Shown here piece after piece: positions 20,409 through 29,076 of a DNA stretch of 64,000 nt (position 1 is the first letter of the stretch; the number at the start of each line of letters is the position of its first letter). The position numbers and the translations under genes are program-made. Origin of the DNA: a virus (lineage: Duplodnaviria > Caudoviricetes); IMG/VR virus record IMGVR_UViG_3300021426_000072, positions 63,248-127,247 of that record. One strand, 5' to 3'. Below the pieces are notes generated by a model, which saw nothing but the letters and a program-made list of their open reading frames with translations, did not search any database and was not told where the DNA came from.

Positions 20409-20480
20409 AGCCCCTTAGCGTATCTGGCAGCGCAACGGACTTTGACTCCGTATGAGATGGTTCGAATCCATCAGGGGCTG
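20409..20480 (+). tRNA. tRNA-Gln(TTG)
   Basis: AGCCCCT/AGGGGCT acceptor; ACGGA-CTTTGAC-TCCGT anticodon arm. Confidence 0.9.
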
Positions 20481-22502
20481 CTCTTATTAATTGAATGAGG
20501 TAAACAAATATGATGAATGTTTATGATTTGTATCAAGGTTTAATCTGTATGTGTAAAGACAAAGAATGCTGTGAATGTTATGATTCTTGCCCGTATAAAA
20601 AGAGAAATGGGAATAAAGACAATTGTAACTATATGGTAGGACTTGATGCTTTGGAAACAATTGTAGAGTTAATGCAAGAAGTGGCTCAGTTAAAACAAGC
20701 TCTTAATGTTTCTGAAAAGGAGAAAAACGACAATGTTGCTACGACTTAAAGAACAAAACGTATCTGGATATTATGGTGTAGAACAAGCTATTATAAGAAA
20801 ACTTGGAGAAATTCCACCGGAGAGTTTGCTTGTTCAGATTAGAACAAAACACAGAGAAGATGAAGAATGGCGGGATATAACAGAACTGTTAATTCAAGAA
20901 GGAACCTCTGATGATCCTAAATGGATTTGGGAATCTGACTGGTGGGAAGGTGAGCAGTTTGTTGATCTCGTTGCTGTAGCTAAGATTTGGCAAGTTGACA
21001 TTAGTGAAGACTTTGCTTTTGAGGAATGATATGACATACAAAGAAGCTGCTGATATGATACGCGATGACATGCGTTTACATCATGATTATTTAAGTGGGC
21101 AATATAGGAAAGCTCTTAAACTTGCAGTCGAAGTCCTTGAAAAACAAAATGAACCGACTTCTCCTAAATGGAGAAGCGATCCTGTAACAAAAGCACAAAA
21201 AGAAATGATTGCACAGATGCAGGAAAATGCTGGTATAAATGGAGCGTTACATTTACCTGAGTTTACGGGAACAACTAAAGGTGAAGCCTGTGATTATATT
21301 CAGGCAAACGCCCATAAACAATATGAAACAATGGACTATTTGTGCCATGAAGATGCAGGTGACAGAAATGGTTAAGTTGACAGCAAGTCTTGAACACTGG
21401 CTTTTTGTAAATGAGCCCAAATTATTGGTTTTAATTGGATTTGGACATCTTGAATGTTTTACCGAAGAAATGCAAAAGAAGTATTTGGAGTGGGTACAGA
21501 CAGAAGAAGGACGGTCATATCTAAAAGGTGGAAAGAACTACCATGACCCAAGATAAATAAAAGAAAGAAGAAAAAGAATCATGACTATGTATGTTGATTT
21601 TGCTGTTCAAAAGAATTGTTGGAATTTAATTGATAGTTATGGAGAAATGTGTGTTGGCTGCGGATGCTGCCTAAAAGACAAAAAGAAACGTTATGAAAGC
21701 CGCATTCGCTGCCTTGAACGATGGATAGATGAATGGAAAAATTTTGACGGCTGGATCGAAGGATGTGAAGATCTGCAAAGAAAGAACATCAGGTCAAATC
21801 TCAAATACTTTAATCGGAGATTGCGTTATTACAAATCCAGGCTGAAAAACATGGGTAATGAAAAATGAATAAGACTAAAGCACTTGTTGAACGTATCAAC
21901 GCTGACGTTGAAATGCTTGTTAATTCAGAGAGTATGACAGATTGTACTTCTGCTTATGTTCGTGTTATGGACTACCTTGCTAATCTTTATCTTTCAGTAA
22001 TGAAAAAGCATGTAAAAGCGGGAAAAGATCATATGTCAGTATTGCCAAAGAAAGATTGTTAAGGAAATGAGAATGTATAGCAAAGTAGATATTGGGCTGA
22101 GATGCTGTTTGGCTGATGATAGTGATTGTAAGCTTTGTCCTTATATGGGCAAAGGCACAGCGAAAATAGACTGCGCAACGCTCCTTATGAGAGACGTTTT
22201 AGAACTAGTTGAATGTCAGGAAATAAAGATAGGTATACTGCAAGTCGAAAATAGGGCATTGATAGATGCACGAATTAGAGCTTCAAAAAGAGAAGATAAA
22301 AAGAAAGGCAAACCAAATGAGCGCAACAGTTTATAAATGGATTGTTGTCTATGAAGATGGTAGAACCGAGGAAAAACGGGGAGAAGCTCCGTGGTCTTTT
22401 GCAGATGAATTGGATGAAACTCCAGTTGCTATCATCAGAAACGGATGGTAATAAATTATTGCGGGTAATGGAAAAGGTATAAATTCTTGCCCCGCAATTT
22501 AT

Positions 22503-22574
22503 GGCTTGTTAGCCTAGTGGGTTAGGCACGCGGCTGTTAACCGCGCTAGGGGAGTTCAATTCTCTCACGAGCCG
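22503..22574 (+). tRNA. tRNA-Asn(GTT)
   Basis: GGCTTGT/ACGAGCC acceptor; CGCGG-CTGTTAA-CCGCG anticodon arm. Confidence 0.88.
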
Positions 22575-22993
22575 CATCTTATTTTATTGCGATGCCTTAG
22601 TTGGTCGTAATACAAATAAGATTGAAGGACTTAACGTTCTTCTGGGGGTTGTTTTTACAACCGCTACCTAGCTAGTAGTAAAAAAAGCTTTAACTGGGTG
22701 GCGCCCGCTCCGAAGTTATGCCCGCCAGAGACAAAAGATCGCGTATTCCGTCTAGCCAGCGGATATAAATCGACGATTTATGTACAGAGCATTAAGTGGT
22801 AATTAGATAGGAGCATTATATCATCGCCGCCGCAAGCGACGGCACATACCGGGAAAACCCCACCTTACCCAAACTTTAAGCATATACATGCTTCCGCATA
22901 AAAGTTTGGGTTCTACACGCAGAAATAAAGATAAAATTGTCTGCGTAAAACCACCATAACAAAAGGATTAATAAAAAAAGGAGTGATTAATTT

Positions 22994-23605
22994 ATGGTGA
23001 AGGTTTATTGCACTACTACTGCTGGACGGTCTTGCGATCTGTTTGACGAGAACACGAAAATTCGTGAGGTTTTCGAACATTTCGGTGCGGACTATAAAGT
23101 AGGAACAAACAGTATCGAAAACGTTCGCATTACCAAGGAAGGTCTGGAAAAGACTCTTCTGGAGTGGAAAGCTGGCGATGTGTGCCATCTGTCTTGCATT
23201 GTGAAGATTGACAATGCTGCTCGTATGGAAGTTTCTGGCGCTGCTGCTATCCTGATTTCCGATGTTTCTCTGGAAGACTGGAAGCGTGTTGAAAAGTATG
23301 CTCCTGAAGCTCTGAAGCTGTTCGACGAAAACGGAGATGCAGACTTTAAGGTTTCAACTCGTGGTTCTGCCTCCGGTACTATCACTGATCATGGCGTATC
23401 TTTCGGTGCTTACAGCAACAAAGAAGGTAAGGCTACTGTTACTATCATGCTGGATACTGGCAACGAAGATAAGGTTGCTGCTGTTAAGGAGCTGTTCGGT
23501 AACACGCTGCTTGATCTGAATCGCATTGAAGCGAAGATTCCTGAGACACTGAAAGATATCGCAAACAAAGAAGCGGAGATCGGTAAGCTGATTACTGAAG
23601 CTTGA
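22994..23605 (+). CDS. Putative ubiquitin-like (beta-grasp) domain fused to a ~128-aa C-terminal domain
   Basis: First ~75 aa fit a beta-grasp pattern ending ...LSCIVKIDNA; lies directly upstream of E2/JAB/E1 genes. Confidence 0.5.
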   Translation: MVKVYCTTTAGRSCDLFDENTKIREVFEHFGADYKVGTNSIENVRITKEGLEKTLLEWKAGDVCHLSCIVKIDNAARMEVSGAAAILISDVSLEDWKRVEKYAPEALKLFDENGDADFKVSTRGSASGTITDHGVSFGAYSNKEGKATVTIMLDTGNEDKVAAVKELFGNTLLDLNRIEAKIPETLKDIANKEAEIGKLITEA

Positions 23606-23617
23606 TCTCCGTTGCAT

Positions 23618-23653
23618 TAGGGAGCCGGGTGTTGTAACCCGGCTCCCTATTTT
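23618..23653 (+). terminator. Terminator/attenuator between the Ubl gene and the E2-like gene
   Basis: TAGGGAGCCGGG/CCCGGCTCCCTA stem followed by TTTT. Confidence 0.7.
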
Positions 23654-23677
23654 AAAAGAAATGGAGATATAAAAGAA

Positions 23678-25210
23678 ATGTTTAGAGAAGCAATTGCTCT
23701 CATTGATCCTATTCCGAAAGAATATGGAAATAATCTTATTCGTCTGAACGACGAAGTTGACTGGTCTTTAACCTGCCTTGGTTTGGCTTTACTTAAATCT
23801 CGAATTCCCGACTATAATGGAATTGCTGGAAGATGCGATTTGTACGAAACAAGATCTACTTTAAGAAATTGTATCATGCATTTTAAAGCGGATAAACAGG
23901 CCGCTGAAGAAGAGCATCCAGATTGTCCGGCATTCTTTTACTATACATACAGAAGTGATGAAGACGTTAATGTTCTGGAAGAATTAAACGATCCTTCCTT
24001 CAAAACAAATATAAAAATTGAAACATTAATTCGTCAGAAATCAGAAAGCAAATGTCACGTTATTTACAATGATACCAAGCCGTGTGCTGCTATTTTCATT
24101 GATAATCGTGACATTAGAATTTATCATCTTTTAATTTCGTTTCTCTCTTTGTATTTCCCGACTCTGTTTGCTGAAAAGCCAATGGAGAAAAAAGATTATG
24201 ATGTTGTGGTCACCCTGAATAAAAAGGAACAAGAACCATTTATTCAGGCGATTAAAGAAGCTTTAATCCCGTATGTTGGTGATTTCAAAAAGACGCAAAT
24301 GAAAGCGCTGATTAAAGCAATGCACAACAGTAAAATCAACGCTGTCTTCAAAGCTCTCACAAAACAGCGGGAATACTCAACTTCTTTAATGAACCAATAT
24401 CGCGAAGCTCAAAGAGAAGTTAGAAGATTAAGTATTGAATATGAAGGATCTCTGGTTGTAGAAACTATGGACGAACCAGAGGAAGAACTTGTTGACTTTA
24501 TTTCTTCTAACGAACAAGTTCGTACTTTAACTATGAATGGAAACGAAATCCGGTTTACAGTTCCTACCAGATTAAATAATTTTAACTGGGAAGAGTTTGA
24601 AAGCAGTAGACGCCGTGATGAAATTTCTCCAGCAGATGGAATCTTCAATGGAAAGTATGAACATGCTGGCTGGGGTACAAACAATCTTTTACCTGTGTTT
24701 ATGGAGAGAGAAAACCGGAAGAAATTCTTGAGTTATATCTTTCGTGAGGATTCTGATATCTCTGTCAAGATTGTAAGTAATTATATTCTTGATCTTGTAG
24801 CGAATACAGCAACGGTTAACAAAAACTTCAATTATATTGAAGCTGATCCAATGTATAAAGATTATATTCCGAATCCTCATCATAAAATATTTGCATGTCT
24901 TGGTGGTTATGAAGGCAGAATTCCAGATTTGCTGGCAAAAAGAAATTATGTTGCTGCCGTTCAGCTTTGTATTGCGTCTGCAAGCAGCATTGATATTGCT
25001 GAAAATGAGCAGACGTTCCGTCCTTTCTTGTCTTGGTTGATGACATCAAAGAATAAGGTTCTTATCAGGAACGATGGAGAGAATATGACTCCTGAAGAAG
25101 CTCTGATTTGGATCATTGACAAAGAAAAGAACGAAGCAAAACAGAATGAAGTAGAAGTAAAAGTTGACTTGGAAACAACAGAAACGAATAACGAGGAGAA
25201 AACAGAATGA
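23678..25210 (+). CDS. Coiled-coil protein with C-terminal prokaryotic E2-like domain
   Basis: YIPNPHHKIFACLGGY resembles the E2 HP...CLG catalytic motif; stop overlaps the JAB start (ATGA). Confidence 0.55.
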   Translation: MFREAIALIDPIPKEYGNNLIRLNDEVDWSLTCLGLALLKSRIPDYNGIAGRCDLYETRSTLRNCIMHFKADKQAAEEEHPDCPAFFYYTYRSDEDVNVLEELNDPSFKTNIKIETLIRQKSESKCHVIYNDTKPCAAIFIDNRDIRIYHLLISFLSLYFPTLFAEKPMEKKDYDVVVTLNKKEQEPFIQAIKEALIPYVGDFKKTQMKALIKAMHNSKINAVFKALTKQREYSTSLMNQYREAQREVRRLSIEYEGSLVVETMDEPEEELVDFISSNEQVRTLTMNGNEIRFTVPTRLNNFNWEEFESSRRRDEISPADGIFNGKYEHAGWGTNNLLPVFMERENRKKFLSYIFREDSDISVKIVSNYILDLVANTATVNKNFNYIEADPMYKDYIPNPHHKIFACLGGYEGRIPDLLAKRNYVAAVQLCIASASSIDIAENEQTFRPFLSWLMTSKNKVLIRNDGENMTPEEALIWIIDKEKNEAKQNEVEVKVDLETTETNNEEKTE

Positions 25211-25971
25211 GACATCTAATATTGTCTGAAAAAGAAAAGGAAATTTTGCGTAAAGAATTCTCAACTGCCTTTGATAAGGCAGTTGAGGAGTTTTCTTTTA
25301 ATGCTTCAAAGGAGAAATTTTCTTTAACCGTAAAGTTTAATAAGCCTTCGGAGCAAAAGGTCGTCATTTCTTATACACCACAGGCTTTTGTTAAGATGTA
25401 TTCTCTTGTTCATTATTATGATACCGAAATTGGTTGGTATGGCTTAGTAGAAAAGACAGGAGAATATTCGTACCGGGTTTATGATGTAAAAATCTGTAAG
25501 CAACTCGTAGATGCAGGCCGGGTAAAAACAGACGATGACGACACCAGAGAATTTTACAATTCACTGACAGATGAAGAAGTTAATGCTATGCGTTTTCAAG
25601 CTCACTCTCATGTGAATTTTAAAACTACTCCTTCTGAAATTGATATTCAGAATCAGATTCAAATTGTAAAATCTCTTAGGAATAAAGGGTTTTATATCTT
25701 CCAGATTTGGAATAAGAAAGATGATATTAATTCTTTCGTATTTGATCTTGACGCAGGCGTTATGTACGATAAGGATGATATTATTTGCACAATTGAAAAT
25801 GATGATTCAAATATTACGGATTGGCTGATGGAAACAAAAGCCTGTGTTGTGGAAAAGAAAGTACTTCCTGCTTATCCTTATTATCCTCAAAACGGAAATG
25901 TTAAAACAGAAGGATGCCAGAAGGAATTCTTTCAGGATGAATCCGGTTGGAACGAGAGGTTTTACGAATGA
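25207..25971 (+). CDS. JAB/MPN metallopeptidase (deubiquitinase-like)
   Basis: EIGWYG glutamate plus HSHVNFKTTPSEID (HxH-x7-S-x2-D JAMM motif). Confidence 0.8.
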   Translation: MRHLILSEKEKEILRKEFSTAFDKAVEEFSFNASKEKFSLTVKFNKPSEQKVVISYTPQAFVKMYSLVHYYDTEIGWYGLVEKTGEYSYRVYDVKICKQLVDAGRVKTDDDDTREFYNSLTDEEVNAMRFQAHSHVNFKTTPSEIDIQNQIQIVKSLRNKGFYIFQIWNKKDDINSFVFDLDAGVMYDKDDIICTIENDDSNITDWLMETKACVVEKKVLPAYPYYPQNGNVKTEGCQKEFFQDESGWNERFYE

Positions 25972-26639
25972 ATTTAGCTAAAAGTGCAGAATTTTTCGAT
26001 CCGTTTTCCTGTAAAGGGAAAATTCACATTATTGGATGCGGATCTGTTGGATCTACTGTAGCAGAACTGTTAGCTCGTTTTGGGCTGACTAATGTGAATT
26101 TATATGATTTCGACACGGTTGCTGAACATAATCTGGCCAATCAGATGTTTGTATTGGATGATGTTGGGAAAAATAAAGCAGAAAAGGTATATGACCGTTG
26201 GGTAGAAATCAATCCTGAAGCAGCACATACTATCCGTGTTTTCAAGGAAGGATGGAACGGACAGAGGTTATCAGGATATGTCTTTCTCTGTGTTGACAAC
26301 ATTGAACTGAGAAAGAAAATTGTCGAAGAAAATAAGTACAACCTTGACGTTAAAGCAATGTTCGATTTCAGAACTGCTTTAACCGATGGTCAGCATTATG
26401 CTGCTGACTGGGAAAGAGATGACGACATAGAGCATTTGCTTGACACAATGGACTTTACGCATGAAGAAGCAGAAAAGAATGTTCCTGTAAGTGCATGTAA
26501 AATTGCTTTATGTGTAATGCCAACCGTATGGTCTGTAGCAATGTCTGGTGTTGTGAACTTTATTAACTTCGTCAAATATGGAAAACTTGAAAAGTCAATG
26601 ATTGTAAAACCATTTGATTTTGAAACTATTATATTCTAA
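25968..26639 (+). CDS. ThiF/E1-like adenylyltransferase
   Basis: IHIIGCGSVGS, YDFDTVAEHNLANQ, LCVDN, candidate catalytic Cys in PVSAC; ATGA overlap with JAB. Confidence 0.88.
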   Translation: MNLAKSAEFFDPFSCKGKIHIIGCGSVGSTVAELLARFGLTNVNLYDFDTVAEHNLANQMFVLDDVGKNKAEKVYDRWVEINPEAAHTIRVFKEGWNGQRLSGYVFLCVDNIELRKKIVEENKYNLDVKAMFDFRTALTDGQHYAADWERDDDIEHLLDTMDFTHEEAEKNVPVSACKIALCVMPTVWSVAMSGVVNFINFVKYGKLEKSMIVKPFDFETIIF

Positions 26640-27050
26640 TGCATAAAGAAATAAATCTTATTGTATAGGGTTTACATTTAATGTTATTAGATGTTTCACT
26701 TTGACCGGAAATGGAGGCACGAAGGCCTACGGCCGTCGGGACGACGTACTGGGCTCGAACCGGTGGCTGCAAAGCGTGCTGCGGGCTGCGAAGTGGCGGA
26801 GATGCTCGAGACGCAGTTCAACTGGATCAGACTTATCAGGATCTCGATAATTAACTATCGAAATGATAGGTGAAAGCCGGATGACTGAAGAAACTGATGA
26901 ACGGGAGATCGCGCAAGGAAGCAGGTGAAGTCGTGTTGGCGACAGCGCGGCACACGATCGGAATGAAGGGGCCCGGGGTCACATGCCTCAAAGGCGCCTG
27001 CAGCCAGGTCCTCCAGGAGACTCCAGCTCTCAACATTTTTAGTTTATGCA
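26640..27050 (+). ncRNA. Candidate RT-associated ncRNA (msr/msd-like position)
   Basis: GC- and purine-rich ~410-nt spacer in an AT-rich genome, bounded by inverted repeat TGCATAAA(26640-47)/TTTATGCA(27043-50), directly upstream of the RT. Confidence 0.55.
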
Positions 27051-27063
27051 AAGGAAGAAGAAA

Positions 27064-28218
27064 ATGTATTACGTAACAACAGTATTAAGCAAAAAGCCTG
27101 TGCAGTTAACATGGGAAGATGTCATGTTTGATAAGGTGCCGTTGAATGCACTGCAAATGAATGAATCAAACGGTACGTCTACGATCACAAGAAAATATGA
27201 AACAATTAGTCCCGAAATTCTTGAACAGGCTGATGTAGAAAAGATTATTAATTGGCTAAAACTATACAATCTTCGGTATAAAGAACTTTTTGAAAAAGAC
27301 AGAAAAACTTTATACCACAGTTTCAAAATTCCTAAAGCCACGGGAGGGTATAGAGATATAAATGCTCCGTGCGACGAACTTCAGGATGCTCTTCGAGTAT
27401 TGGTAAGATTCCTGTCTGAAGATTGTGGGATTTTATATCATACGGCTGCGTTCGCATATATTAAAGGACGCAGTATTGTTGATTGTGTGAAAAGACATCA
27501 GAATTTCAACAGCAATTGGTTTTTGAAAACTGATTTCAGCGGGTTCTTTCCGTCTACCACAATCGAATTTGTAATGAAAATGTATTCAAAGATATTCCCG
27601 CTTTCGGAAGTATGTAAAAATGAAGAAGGTTATGCTGAATTAAAGAAAGCATTGTCTCTTGCTTTTCTGGACGGCGGACTTCCGCAAGGAACTTGTGCTT
27701 CCCCGTTCATTACAAATTCAATGATGATTCCGATTGACCATAAATTGTCAAATGAATTTGCGAAGCGGAATTTAATGTATACCAGATATGCAGATGACAT
27801 TCACATTTCTGCAAAAGAATGTTTCCCGTGGAAAGAAATCGTGAAAAATATTGAAGACGCACTGACAGAGTTTGAAGCTCCTTTCAAGATTAAGCCGGAA
27901 AAGACTCATTTCGGTAAGAAGGCTGGCAGATCTGCAAACTGGTGTTTAGGACTTCTTTTGAATAAAGATAACAATATTACAGTTTCTGCCAAGAAGAAAG
28001 CTCAGTTTAAGGCTTCTTTGTGTTCATTTATTCTTGATACACGGAATGGAAAATATTGGAATCTCGAAGATGTATATCATTTAAGAGGTTTGCTTTCTTA
28101 TTACAGCATGGTTGAAAAAGAGTATTTTGAAAATGTAATTAAGCAACAAGAGAACAAATGGAAAGTAAACGTAAGCAAAATTTTTAAAGATTATTTAAGC
28201 GGAACTATTAATGCGTGA
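27064..28218 (+). CDS. Retron-like reverse transcriptase
   Basis: IPKATGGYRDINAP, AFAYIKGRSIVDCVKRH (region X), KTDFSGFFPS, LPQG, YTRYADD; CLGL at the VTG position. Confidence 0.9.
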   Translation: MYYVTTVLSKKPVQLTWEDVMFDKVPLNALQMNESNGTSTITRKYETISPEILEQADVEKIINWLKLYNLRYKELFEKDRKTLYHSFKIPKATGGYRDINAPCDELQDALRVLVRFLSEDCGILYHTAAFAYIKGRSIVDCVKRHQNFNSNWFLKTDFSGFFPSTTIEFVMKMYSKIFPLSEVCKNEEGYAELKKALSLAFLDGGLPQGTCASPFITNSMMIPIDHKLSNEFAKRNLMYTRYADDIHISAKECFPWKEIVKNIEDALTEFEAPFKIKPEKTHFGKKAGRSANWCLGLLLNKDNNITVSAKKKAQFKASLCSFILDTRNGKYWNLEDVYHLRGLLSYYSMVEKEYFENVIKQQENKWKVNVSKIFKDYLSGTINA

Positions 28219-28282
28219 GAAAAGAAATGCAGGATATTTCTGCTCAATAAATGTTATTTGTTGAAACAACAAGTATTATATA

Positions 28283-28371
28283 AACTTTTACCATGAAATA
28301 GTTCAAACACGAATTTTCGCGGGTTCAAGAACCCAGCTCAAATTCTTGTTGGAACTATTTCAGGTAAGGTT
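28283..28371 (+). ncRNA. Long imperfect hairpin downstream of the RT
   Basis: TGAAATAGTTC/GAACTATTTCA, GAATTT/AAATTC and GGGTTC/GAACCC nested stems. Confidence 0.6.
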
Positions 28372-28396
28372 GTGATAAATCATAGTTTTCTTGCGC

Positions 28397-28429
28397 AGAG
28401 CGGGTATAAAAATACTCGCTCTTTTTTTT
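28397..28429 (+). terminator. Rho-independent terminator closing the Ubl-RT unit
   Basis: AGAGCGGGTAT/ATACTCGCTCT followed by a T-tract. Confidence 0.8.
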
Positions 28430-28668
28430 ATGTGGAGTTACGCCTATGTATTAATACCGAGCTGGCCTCTCGGTGCTCCGTAATTTAATAAAAAAGAAAG
28501 ATGTGCTACAACTCCCCTTGTGCTTGTTTGGACGGCGAGTAGCATAAATCAGATTTCTCTCCATACGTCTTTTTGTTCGAGATATCTCACACAAGATACA
28601 CCTTCATGTTGACCTTTCTGTATGGAGTTATTTTCTGTAAGAAGGTTCTGTGGTTGCAGAACCTTTTT

Positions 28669-28729
28669 CGAATGTTAGTTTAAGTAAAACGACTTTAAGT
28701 AAATGAAAGTTCAAATCTTTCACATTCGA
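28669..28729 (+). ncRNA. Mini tRNA-like RNA with a truncated anticodon arm
   Basis: CGAATGT/ACATTCG acceptor; TAGTTTAAGTAAAAC D-like arm; GAAAG-TTCAAAT-CTTTC T arm; only 61 nt. Confidence 0.55.
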
Positions 28730-28985
28730 ATTATTACTGAGCGATAGAACACTTATTGGTTTATTGGCATGGCCCGTCATTTAAATAGTTATGACGTTAA
28801 ATGTGATCGAGTTTGCGGATGGACTCGGCACCTCCTTTCAGTAAGAGACATTAACCAATAGGACACTATCATCCTGCCTGCTCAAGCATGAACCCTATAC
28901 GGTGCGTGTCTCTCGCCGTCTTGACAGGGAAGGCATCTCCATAAGGCAGGACTTTTGAATATAATTGGTTTGTTTCGGTAATTAT

Positions 28986-29030
28986 TTCGGTACCGAAATT
29001 TGAAGCCATTTAAAAAGATATATAAGGGAA
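28986..29030 (+). promoter_or_regulatory. Conserved phage promoter-like motif, copy 3 (upstream of the RNAP gene)
   Basis: TTCGGTACCGAAATTTGAAGCCATTTAAAAAGATATATAAGGGAA. Confidence 0.7.
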
Positions 29031-29076
29031 AACGAATAAAAAACAAATCAAACAAAAATTGAATATGGAGGAGCAT

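Noticed and set aside
26894-26900. Hammerhead ribozyme core CTGATGA
   Set aside because: No stem II followed by GAAA in the required arrangement.
27064-28218. RT as a diversity-generating retroelement or group II intron
   Set aside because: No TR/VR pair or avd-like gene was seen, and no maturase domain or intron domain V; the motifs are retron-like.
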